From positions 77,872,001 through 77,936,000 of the forward strand of contig OX597820.1 of the NCBI GenBank assembly GCA_951406725.2: a stretch of 64,000 nt of DNA, written 5' to 3'. The notes under the pieces are model-generated. The model was not told the origin of the DNA and did not search any database. It saw nothing but the letters and a program-made list of their open reading frames with translations. A program made the translations under genes and the position numbers. Shown here one piece after another: positions 53,060 to 64,000 of the stretch. Numbering within the stretch: position 1 is the first letter of the stretch; each line of letters starts with the position of its first letter. Origin of the DNA: Octopus vulgaris (lineage: Eukaryota).

Positions 53060-53430
53060 ACAGGAAGGCTTACGAAAATAAACAAAAGACAAAGGTAGGT
53101 GGAGTGCAAACAAACAATGGATTAGTATGGCACCCAGGAATAGAAATAAAACAAGTCTTTTACGTTTCGAGCCTACGCTCTTCGACAGAAAGATACACAG
53201 AAAAGAAACAAGGAGAGAAACAAGGAGAGAAAAAAATTGCGTGTAGGGGCTAACGATCCAACTTGACATATATACATAGTTGATATTTACAGAAAAACAA
53301 AAGACGAAGACAGGTGTGTAAACAACAAACAGGTGTTTTAGTTTAACGCTCGGATAGGTTAGAAAGTCTTTTACGTTTCGAGCCTACGCTCGTCAACAGA
53401 AAGGAACACGAGGTAATAAGCAGAGAGAGA
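53060..53430 (-). mobile_element. Two tandem family E monomers, each with a hammerhead-like motif (53156-53193, 53367-53403)
   Basis: tcttttacgtttcgagcctacgctc repeated 211 nt apart. Confidence 0.8.
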
Positions 53431-53495
53431 ATATATATAAAAACATCATCGTTCCTAAGTCTCCCAACGAGGAATATTCACTAGCAGTACTTTAA

Positions 53496-53604
53496 AATAA
53501 AGGCTATTTGCCAACCTAATGTTGCAGACGCAGTTGGGACGAATGCTACCTAACAACAGTAGTATTGGTCTCAACTGTCAGATTAGGCTGGCAAATAACC
53601 TTTA
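53496..53604. repeat. Short hairpin element next to (TA)n
   Basis: taaaggctatttgccaacctaat / attaggctggcaaataaccttta; cagttgggac / gtctcaactg. Confidence 0.8.
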
Positions 53605-53689
53605 CTTATGTATATATATATATATATATATATGTCTACATAATACTCTACTAACAATTTGACGTGTGTATATATAAACTGTGAGTATT

Positions 53690-54750
53690 AGGGGTGTGAC
53701 TACCTTCTACGTACATTTCCTATTTAATAGCGAATTTAATTACGTGCAGCTGTAATTGTCTGAATGGCTCCTTCGGGTGCTAGGATAAAATATGGAGGCA
53801 GGTTGACCCAGTGTGCCTCCATATTTGTTTTTAGCACGTTGGAAGAGTGTGGAGAACATTTTTCTTGTCATATTGTCTCAAATGAACATTTAGTCTCTCC
53901 GCAATGCTTCTAGATATCTCACCTCTGGATATCATGTTCTTGTATTTACAAGAAAACTCTATGCATCTTATTCTGTAGACTAACTGCCTATATCTACAGT
54001 TAATAGCAGGGTTAATATTACATATCATGCAATTATCATTGGTGCATGTCGTATCCTCAAACGGGTAGGTCGTACATAGTTGTGATCTGATGGAACTCCT
54101 TGGCTTTTCAACGATTATAATGTAGAGTTTGACCTCCTTCAGAGGTTTCCTAAATCTTCGGACTAATTCTCCATGGGCTGTCGTCTCTACAAACATCTCT
54201 CCTTGAAATTTGTCGGTTTGTACCACGTGTTCACCCTGTTTGCTTTGTCACAAACTCTTTGCCTCATATTCTAGTCTTTACTTTTATATCTAGGGCGGGT
54301 ATTACTGGTTTCATTACATATAATGATATCTAACTTCTTTCTAGCTCCCGTGTATACCTGAACACTGTTTTTCTGATCATATCCAGAGAAGTACATGAAG
54401 TTCGGTACATGCTTCTTTGTTTTACAGGGTTTGCATAATGGGGACATGTTGTTCATTATCCTAACTAAGTCTGCTACCAATATGTTGATTTTTATGTTGT
54501 GTGACAAAGCTGAGTGCTTGTGAAGAAAATATTTAGAAGCTATGGGTTTCATGTAATAGGAGTGGAGGAGCTACAATCTGTGGTTCACAGTAACCAAATT
54601 TCAGTACCGAGGACAGGGAATCTATTGTAAGGGTGCTTGGTGAGGTAATCTATAGCCACCTTGGTGGATGGAGTTAGCTAGGTGTTGGATACTTTCCATT
54701 ATTCTTCTCTCGGTTTCTATATCACAGTTCCTAGAGTTTGTCCTAACTAG
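53690..54750 (-). pseudogene. Degraded PLE RT thumb + GIY-YIG of a different clade (Naiad-like)
   Basis: YYMKPIASKYFLHKHSALSHNIKINILVADLVRIMNNMS; MFVETTAHGELVRR; CTNDNCMIC; LVYRIRC..C..GEISRSIAERLNVH. Confidence 0.8.
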
Positions 54751-54856
54751 AATATTTACGTCATTTACACACACACACACATACCACACACATATGTATG
54801 TATGTATGTATGCATACATACACACATGTATGTATGTTTAGTGGAGATGCTCTGGA

Positions 54857-54887
<31 letters not shown>

Positions 54888-56194
54888 ATTTATATGTGTA
54901 ATCAGGCAGCGGTAATATTTTTTGCAGATATATGTAACGATGGATAAAAGAGATCGATAGATCTCATAAAAGACGGAAAAAGAAAAGTAAACTTAATAAT
55001 GCACAAAAAATACATGCATTAGAAATTCGATACGTATTTTCTTCTTAAGCACATTTTATACAATATCCAATAGATTTGGAAACAGATTAACGTTATCAGA
55101 TACCGACGCATTATGCTCTACATATACGGTTGAATTAGGCTGTGTGCCATATATTTTCTTATAACCAGGTTTTTTTTATTTTGTTTGCTCTGTGTACTGT
55201 CTTGCGTATAACGCAACGAGAGAACAGAGACAAAACGTAGATAAAGAAAACTCTACATCCTTCATTCGAGTTGTATTGTTTCAATGGGCGCAATGCGGTA
55301 TGTGATACAGAGAAGACACAACAAAGAAGTAGGGAGGGAAAAAAACTAGATATCTTTGATCCTACCAATCTTAAATTTTCGTTAGTTTGAATTGTAAATA
55401 TAAAAGGAAAATCAATTGATAATGCTGGTAATTATTGAAATGTTTCTGTGTACATCGAAACGCATTTAGTTGTAAAATTCAATAATTTGCTATTGACTAA
55501 AATTTGCAGGTAATACTTTAACAAAGAGGCGTTTTTCAAATATTTTATAATCAGTGAATCTTTCTTTCTTTCTCTCTTTCTTGATATCTCCCTCTCTTTA
55601 CAGATACACACACACATATATATATATGTATGTATTTATGTATCTATGTAGACATACACACACGCAAAGAATTGTGTGTATATAGTTTTTAATGTACACT
55701 GACAGAGGGAAATGTCAGAGAAAGAAAGTATGTGTGAGGAAGGGAGATGAGACAGACAGTCAAAAAGTTTGATACATATATATATATATACATGTTTCTA
55801 CGTGCACTCGCGTGTGTGTGTATGTGCGTGTGATGTATGCGCGTCAACAAGCATATGCAGTGGAACAAGCACATGCAGTGAAATTATGTAAGTGAGGTAG
55901 ATAAACCCAACACAGGTATTTATATGTAACTGTAACTTATTCATATATATATATTTGTTTGTACGTAGTTTTAATATAGATAAGATCATTGGAAGAATCC
56001 TCACTGCTTTCTTTTCACAATACATTTAATATTTTTCATTCCTTAGCAACCGCTAATTCAAGTGTCATGAATTCAATTCTCTCGGGAACTTTTTCTCATA
56101 TATCAATCGCCATTGAGCCAGTGCTCCAGAAAACTTTGATAAAAATATGAATTTTTCTCTTGATATTCGTATTGTTTTCTCTTTGAAAATTGCT

Positions 56195-56570
56195 TCCTGG
56201 CCTTAGGTTTCCAGTTTCAGTCCCAGTGCGTGATACATCGAGCTAGTGCCTCATCTACTATAACCAGGGACCAATCAATGCCTTGTGGATGGACTTACTA
56301 GGCGGAAACTGAAAGACGTCCGTCGTATATATACCTCTGTGTGTGTGTATTTGTGTCTGAGTTTGCTCCCCACCCATCGCTTGTCGACTGATTTTGGTGT
56401 GTTTATGTCCCCATAAATTAGTGGTTCGGTGAAAAACGCCTAGAGGATAAGTCTAAGTCTTTACAAAGAATAATAAGTACTGGGCCGATTCGTTCAATTC
56501 AAAGTTCTTCAATGTGATGCCCCAGCATAGCTATAGTCTAATGACCGAAACAAGCGTATAATAAAAGTTA
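56195..56570 (+). mobile_element. Diverged SINE family B
   Basis: ttcagtcccagtgcg; gcggaaactgaaagacgtccgtcg; gatgccccagcat..atgaccgaaacaag. Confidence 0.8.
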
Positions 56571-57436
56571 TCTGTAAAATATTGGACAATCTTGACAGAT
56601 GAACCTACAAGAATAACGGTTCCCCGACATTTCCTTTAATCGTATTCGCTTGGATGTGGGAATTCCTGTTTACATTGCAATGTCATAGGATTTATTGATG
56701 GAGCTCTCCCACTTGTACAATATATCAACGCTATTGTGTCACTGCATGTGCATACATCCCCGTATACTTTAGCCATATGAATCAATGACTTAAGACGTCA
56801 TTTCCTATTAAGATAATAGGTTTCAGTCCTCTCAACCTTGCATGCCTCAGCCTCAACAATATTCCCAAAAGACCATCGGCGTTACATCTGAACTGACACT
56901 GGAAAATATTGTACAATGAGATCATACCGACCTTGAATCGTTCGTCAGAACAAAGCCATAATCGCTACACACTTAAAAACAACGTATAATGGTTCTTCAT
57001 TCCAGCCCTAAATACAACGAATACTCTGCTATACTCATCACATTTGCAACTAATTCTACGCTTTGATATGTAGATATTCTCTACATATCAATGATTGGCA
57101 TTCATTCTTAGGGTGAGAAAATAGTTAAGCCTTTAACAATTGCAAAACTTGAGAAAGCACAATTGCACCACAAAGTGAATGACACCTCCGTTAAATTCCT
57201 GTACACATTAAGTGATGCTAGACATTTCCTAAAAGAATACCTGCTTGATTGATATGAACTCCCTCACCAACACTCTCCTCTCACTGCCCCGAAGAATTAA
57301 AGTTTCTTTCTTGTTCTCTCTGCCTTTTCAAATCCTAAAACTTTGGTCTCTTGATAGCTGGGCTTCATGCTCTTAGATCACTTATATTTCAGCTTTTCCG
57401 ACTCATTTCTCTCTACTCTTGCACAGACTGTGCATC

Positions 57437-57649
57437 TTTACTCTTTTACTTCTTTCATTTTTTTTTACTGTGGCTATGCTGGAAAACCACCTTCAGTCGA
57501 GCAAGCTTTATTCTTTGTAAGCTTAGTAGTTATTCTATCGGTCTCTTTATCCGAACAGCTATGTTACGGGGGCGTAAATATACCAGCATCGGTTGTCAAG
57601 CGATATTGGGGGGAACGGACACACAAACATACACACACATACATACACA

Positions 57650-57720
<71 letters not shown>

Positions 57721-57883
57721 GACTGACTTCTTTCAGTTTCCGTCTACCAAATCCATTCACAAGGATTTGGTCGGCACGAGGCTATAGTAGAAGACACTTG
57801 CCCAAGGTGCCACTCAGTGGGACTGAACCTGGAACCATGCGGTTCGTAAGCAAGTTACTTACCACACAGCCACTCCTACGCCT
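57437..57883 (-). mobile_element. SINE family B, near full length
   Basis: ggctatagtagaagacacttgcccaaggtgccac..gggactgaacc; head accacacagccactcctacgcc. Confidence 0.88.
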
Positions 57884-59469
57884 TGCAAACATTTTATTAA
57901 GAACTTAGCCAGAAGGTTTTTTTTTATTTTTGTTGTCTTTTACTCCGCTACAGCTAATAAGCATGCCAAGCTGTTAACATGACAAAAGTCACGACAGATG
58001 TAATTAGTTTAATAGATTATACAGACCACGGTTTTTGTAATTTAATGTTTTCCATATAAACTCTTCTGTTACTCGAACTATGAAGGAGGCAAAAACAAAT
58101 ATGCACATAATATATACAGACAATCGCACTTGCACCTACGCACATATACACAAACACACAAATAAACACAGATAGATAAATATATGATGTAGAAATATAC
58201 TTAAATAATGCGCTTCTGCCGTACAAGACACATCTGCCACGCAGATAGCGCACGTGATTCCGAGAACATAGCTACGTCTGTACTTTTGTATAATTGCTGA
58301 CGTATATTATTTGCATATGTGTGTGTATGTTTATGAACGTACGTGTGTATGTGAGGAGAGAGAGTCTATGTGTCAGTCTGTCTATGTGCGAGAGCTTCTG
58401 TGTGTTGGGGAGGTATTTACGTATATATGTAAGAAGTGTATGAGTGTGTGCGTATGTGTATGTATGTGTGTGTGTGTGTGAGTGTGTGCGTATGTGTATG
58501 TATGTGTGTGTGTGAGTGTGTGTTCACTTATGAGGTATCTCATGAGTGCTACTGTTACTATGGAATCCAGTGCAACTTGTTGCATGGTCGTGCTGATGGC
58601 TACTAAACTGCACAGCCACTTAAATAATCTGGTGAAGAGGGTCATTAGGAACCCAGCAGAGCTGAGAAAAAAGACTGTCAAGCTAATGGATGAAACTAGT
58701 TTAGGTTCAACGAATGGTAAAGATCCTCAGAAATTCAAAGTTGTGGACCGGCATGCTGAAAGACCATTGGGAGCGTTGCACCACTCAGCTATTTTTTAAA
58801 TGTATGTAGAACATCATTGTAATATTAAAGAAAGATATGCAGGAAACGGCACTGACCCTTTTAGGGGTCTTTTGCTTGCACTCGAAATCATGAACCTTCA
58901 ACATTCCTGAACCTGCACTGACGCTGAATATGTTGTCCTGGCTTGTCTTGAGTGCAAGTCAATAGGGTAAAGAGGGTTCTGCGAGATGTTGTGCAAGCCT
59001 TATTGAACCTAAAATTTTAGATTGGCTAACCACCGGTGAGGAATGTTGCCGAAGCCCGGCTAATCGGAAAGCCCCGCAACGAGCACAGTCCTTGTACAAT
59101 ATCCTTCCTTTTCCAGTTGTTCTACTCATCTACGCACCAACCTCTTGCTCTCGAAACCTTTTTTATATCCGGCTGTCACTCACATCTGCGATGTAAGTTT
59201 GCATATGTCGTGCAAGGGCAAAGAGATTGTCGATATCAGCTTGCTAATACCAACAAGCTTTAAATTAAATATAGTACTCGTTATGAACATTTTATTGGGA
59301 TCCCATTGCCACTACGATGAATGTATTTCCTGTCATTTTTTGTATTGTCTAACTGTCGGGATGTTTTGTTGAGACCTGTTACGTTCTTGTTCCATTGTTC
59401 TTTTCTTTATATATTTATATATATATTATAGATATGAGTGTGTGCATGTGTGCATGTGTGTGAGAGTTG

Positions 59470-59668
59470 CCATGATAGATCGGCAGCCACTACACACATT
59501 TTTCTCTCCTTGTTTCTCTCTTTGTTTCTTTCTGTGTTTCTCTCTGTGGAAGAGCCTGAGCTCGAAGCGTTAAATACTTTTTCAACTCCCAAGCGTTATA
59601 CTCATACATCTGTCTCTATTCTACACCACCTGTCTTCGTCTTATGTTTTTTCTTTGTGAATTCTCCCT

Positions 59669-59726
<58 letters not shown>

Positions 59727-59850
59727 GTATGTATGTGAGTGTATGTTTATATATACGGAGAATTCACAACAAAAACAAAAGACGAAGACAGGTGGTGTAC
59801 ACAACAAATAGATGTATTATTACAACGGTCGGGAAGTGAATAAGTCTTCA
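59470..59850. mobile_element. Family E copy (+, 59470-59667) and truncated inverted copy (-, 59757-59850) around (TA)n; upstream flank duplicated at ~59900-59958
   Basis: acaccacctgtcttcgtctt / aagacgaagacaggtggtgt; gtgagagttgccatgatagatcggcagcca occurs twice. Confidence 0.8.
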
Positions 59851-59988
59851 ACGTTTTTATCCTTTATTATATATACATACATACATACATACATATATAT
59901 ATATGAGTGTGTGCATGTGTGCATGTGTGTGAGAGTTGCCATGATAGATCGGCAGCCAATACACACATGTGTGTGTATGTGTGTGTGT

Positions 59989-60027
<39 letters not shown>

Positions 60028-60623
60028 ATAAAGGATAAATTCGTTAAGAATTTTATCAGTGGCCAGCATATAAAATAGACCTATTAAGGTGAATTCATAT
60101 ACAGAGATTTATAATAGTACAAAGTACAATGATAATTAAAGGAACAGAGTATACCATGCCCCTATGCTGAAAATAGTATTTATTTAACTTTAGAAATGCT
60201 ATCATCCATTTTCCCTTACCATGGAATAGAATCAAACTATTCTCTCTGTCCTATTTCCATTCTAGAAATAGTCACTATCGATTATCTAAATTAGTTCATG
60301 GAATTAACTAATGGATATCTATTTTAACGGAATATTCGGCCTATGGAATCCCCTATCCATACGATGATTCAAAGGGTGGGATATTCTACAAACAGGTGTT
60401 AGAGATTATGTAAACGTTTTTATTATATTGCTCAATTGAATGTCGTTGTCAAGTCTTTCCCAACCGTTTGCCTATTCATGTTTGCTTTAATCTATACCTA
60501 CCGGCTCAATGGGCAGCCACATCTAGCCGCTTTAAAAAGGCAATTCACTGTAGAATTTTTGTGGCATACCAATTTGAGCACCCACAAGGCACCTGCCTAG
60601 TAGCTTGAGTCATTCGATGTCGT

Positions 60624-60690
<67 letters not shown>

Positions 60691-60696
<6 letters not shown>

Positions 60697-61027
60697 TTTC
60701 GGGATGGTAATTTTTTATTTATCAATTAAACACACGGACTAGATATTTGTTCTTCACTCGTTTATTACTCTTTTGATTTTTTTAAAATTTTAACTCATAT
60801 CCATTGTCCGTAAAACTTTTGTCACACATCTGTCACCTGTTTAGCGCCACGTTCCGTTTTCGTATGTGCACTTTCACACATGAGTTAAAATAAGAAAAGT
60901 AATAAGCAAGTAAAGAGCAAATATATTGTGCTTGTGTTTATTTGGCAAAAAATAGGCCCAACTCGAAATACAACGCTATCTGTTTCAACACACGATTTCA
61001 CATCAGTAATCTAACAGCACAAATTCA
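60691..61027. repeat. Diverged fold-back element (arms ~60691-60800 / ~60880-60975) with 3' tail, TA-bounded
   Basis: gttgtttttcgg / ctcgaaatacaac; atatttgttcttcact / agtaaagagcaaatat; ttttaactcat / atgagttaaaa. Confidence 0.7.
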
Positions 61028-61531
61028 TATATATATATGCACACATTCATAAACAAGCACTCACAAAAAACGATGAGTGGGAAGTGCACAAGTCTATCGC
61101 GTGGGAAGAGGAAACTACATATTCTTGTTATTAAATGTTAAAAACCACATCTAATTCTTCATAAATATTTTTCCCATTCCATATAACTTGGAAAATAAAC
61201 ATTTCTGCTGTAATACACGGTTTGATATTAACTAGAATGAAATTTAAATTCTGTTGACATCGTCGATATTGAAGTTTATTTAAAACCTTATTTAACTCTA
61301 TGAATTATGGATTCGCCATTTCGACAGACACCCTATAGGAAAAAGCATCATCACATATTTTATGGTAGTTATTTGCAGATTAACATGATGGATGCCAGAA
61401 TATAAATTTCCGTATATTTAAACCATACAGATATAGCAAGTGAAGACGAAATCTATGAATATTCACACCATCATATCAATTCAAATATACATACTTTCAA
61501 ACAAGAAATCCCTATAGTTATATATATATAT

Positions 61532-61540
61532 ATAGTAGTA

Positions 61541-61592
<52 letters not shown>

Positions 61593-61596
61593 CAGC

Positions 61597-61649
<53 letters not shown>
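61532..61649. repeat. (TAG)n microsatellite
   Basis: Direct inspection. Confidence 0.95.
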
Positions 61650-62770
61650 GAACAGAAAAGGAGGAATTTCGATTATCCCCACGTGGTGAGTTGTAACATA
61701 TATATATATAAGAAATAAAAAAAAAAAGGAAAATACACACAGTTTACATAGTTTTAATATTTTTAATATATAGAACGGTTTCGCTTTTGCTATAAGAAAA
61801 TAATTTTTGTCCATGTTGTGTTTGTGATGATATTTACGAGTGAATGACTTCACAAGTAGAAAAATAAGGGGAGGTAATTGGTTATCGTTATTATTGTTGT
61901 TGTTGTGGGCAAGGGAGATAAGTGTTCCGCTTTCGATAAGGAGAAGGGAATATATATGTACACACACAAAAAAAAAAGGTTTCGAAAATCTTTTTTAGTG
62001 AGGGGGTTTATGTATAGTGATGTAATCGTGAATTGAAATATGTAAACAGATAAAAGTTGGTTATGCGTGCATATTAAGACATGTTCTGTACTTTTCAAAG
62101 AAAAAAGTTTCTTTATTTAAACGCTCTTGTGGAGAGATTGTGTCTTTACACAGGTAGAAGTGGAAGACTGAAATTTGGTTTGATGTTTTCGGCAAATATT
62201 TCTATATGTTCAGTGAGAGGAATTTGCCTGTATTGCGAGAAACGGATTTACGCTTTGTGTAGAGTGGTTCTCCTTCTCAAGGTCATACTCGTGTGTCCAA
62301 TAAAGTTTTTATCCGCAACCCGAGCAGGTTATTACATAAATTAGGTTCTCAGAGGCACTATTGAAACTAGTTTTAATTGTGAATCTCTGTCCTTGTTTGA
62401 AAAGGAAATGCGAGCCTTCAAGTAAGTTGGGTCAGGTTCGACAGTTTGGACGTCCACATTTTTTTACCATTGGTGTCTTGGTTGCTTTGTAAAGCTCAAC
62501 ATTTTTGCATTTGGTGAGTTTGTTCATTTTCAGGATGTCTTTCATTTTTGAATCTCAATTAAGTTAAGAAAAATTTTGCCTCATCTCCCTTGCCCAAAAC
62601 AACAACAATAATAACGACAACCAATTACCTCCCCTTATTTTCTACTTGTGGAACCATCATACACAACATGGACAAACATTTCGTCTTCAGAAAATACATA
62701 TTCAAATCAGTAAATCATAATATTTTAAAACTATGTAAAATGTGTGTATTTTCCAATTTTAGTTTTTCAT
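61650..62770 (-). mobile_element. Degraded 5'-truncated PLE with inverted arms (~61700-61925 / ~62580-62770) enclosing a GIY-YIG remnant (~62065-62550)
   Basis: Manual translation (-): KKCGRPNCRT*PNLLEGSHFLFKQGQRFTIKTSFNSASENLIYVITCSGC...YRQIPLTEHIEK; aagtagaaaaataaggggaggtaattggtt / aaccaattacctccccttattttctactt. Confidence 0.88.
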
Positions 62771-62803
<33 letters not shown>

Positions 62804-62804
62804 G

Positions 62805-63032
62805 TGGAGGCGCAATGGCCCAGTGGTTAGGGCAGCGGACTTGCGGTCGGAGGATCGCGGTTTCGATTCCCAGACCGGGCGTTGTGTGTGTTTATTGAGC
62901 GAAAACACCTAAAAAGCTCCACGAGGCTCCGGCAGGGGATGGTGATGATCCCTGCTGTACTCTTTCACCACTCTAAAGGCGGTGCTCCAGCATGGCCGCA
63001 GTCAAATGACTGAAACAAGTACAAAAAAAAAA
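62805..63032 (+). mobile_element. Chimeric SINE: family C head/body joined to family B tail
   Basis: Matches family C up to ctctttcaccac (~62971), then aaggcggtgctccagcatggccgcagtcaaatgactgaaacaagta. Confidence 0.8.
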
Positions 63033-63053
63033 GATAGATAGATAGATAGATAG

Positions 63054-63091
<38 letters not shown>

Positions 63092-63534
63092 AGATAAAAC
63101 TTACTTGGAAATGGATGCGTGGCGTTCGATCATATAATAACATAAATAATATATAAACATATGCATATATACATACATATTAGTACAAACCTACATCTAT
63201 ATGTATATATACATGTATATATGGGTACAGGACACCAAAAAAACGTTGAACACAATGAGAAAGTAAAAAAAGTAAAAACAAAAACATGGAAACGAACTTT
63301 TTTCAAACAACAAAAAAACAGTATAACACACACTACACAAGGAATATTCCCCTTCTGCGTTGTCCCTGTTTCGTCTACTCCGTGTTTCGAGTGTTCTGTA
63401 CTCATATATGCATGTATATATGCATATAGACGTAGGTATGTACATATACGTATGTATATATACATATATTTATATATTGTTTATGTTATTATATATATAG
63501 ATATATTTAGATAGAGAGATACATACATACATAC

Positions 63535-63598
<64 letters not shown>

Positions 63599-63599
63599 A

Positions 63600-63983
63600 T
63601 AATTAAAATTATAATTAAGGGTATCCAAAAGATACCAACATTCTAGATAGAGCAGCCAAAACTTGACGCTATAACCACATTAAATGTTCATACAGCACCA
63701 GGAGAGAAGACAGAGAGACAAAATAAACTAGCAAAAATTATTGGAAATTATACAATTATCCAATAATGTTTTGCTAGCATATTTTGTTTCTTTGTTCCTA
63801 CTCCTGATGTATGAACATTTAGTGTTGTTTTAGAGTCGAGTTTTTGCTGCTATATCCAGCATGGTGATATCTTTTGGATACTCTTAATTCTAATTTTAAT
63901 AACATTTTTTACCAATGGAGCTTTTATTCCCATGCTAGCTACCTGATATGATCGCTATTTTAGAAAACGACCTTATCCTCTTA
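63600..63983. mobile_element. Fold-back element family D (hairpin 63600-63900 plus tail)
   Basis: attaaaattataattaagggtatccaaaagata / tatcttttggatactcttaattctaattttaat; homologous to 27318-27950 and, more distantly, 60025-60180. Confidence 0.85.
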
Positions 63984-64000
63984 TATATATATATATATAT

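Noticed and set aside
56600-57250. Possible ancient LINE RT remnants on - strand (also ~23300-23700)
   Set aside because: Only isolated YLG- or YADD-like words were seen; too degraded to call by eye.
62805-62880. tRNA gene calls for SINE heads (also 12424, 32916, 49109)
   Set aside because: A/B boxes are present, but the heads run directly into multicopy SINE bodies and no complete cloverleaf is evident.

Overview
Eukaryotic, AT-rich, repeat-saturated non-genic DNA. The SINE and microsatellite content looks like an octopus/cephalopod genome (inference from recalled repeat sequences, no search run). No host protein-coding gene could be supported; most listed ORFs are translated microsatellites. 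The window is dominated by Penelope-like retroelements (PLEs; RT + GIY-YIG) inserted in (TA)n tracts: two long young copies (37158-41604 -, 45216-47905 +), several degraded or truncated copies, and many non-coding fold-back derivatives. It also holds a 5'-truncated CR1/L2-group LINE, RTE fragments, about 15 tRNA-derived SINE copies of three families and a probable non-autonomous Helitron. The most notable signals are: (i) minimal type I hammerhead ribozyme motifs in PLE 3' ends, several with a compensatory U3-A8 core; (ii) a shared fold-back architecture whose inverted arm ends at an internal TATATA, followed by a 35-60 nt tail with a CCACGT-like motif; (iii) a U UUU UUA heptamer exactly at the -1 junction between an upstream ORF and the RT ORF; (iv) tandem ~211-nt hammerhead-like, retrozyme-like monomers; (v) a 12-kb stack of five elements separated only by (TA)n. 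All coordinates were read by eye and boundaries are approximate.
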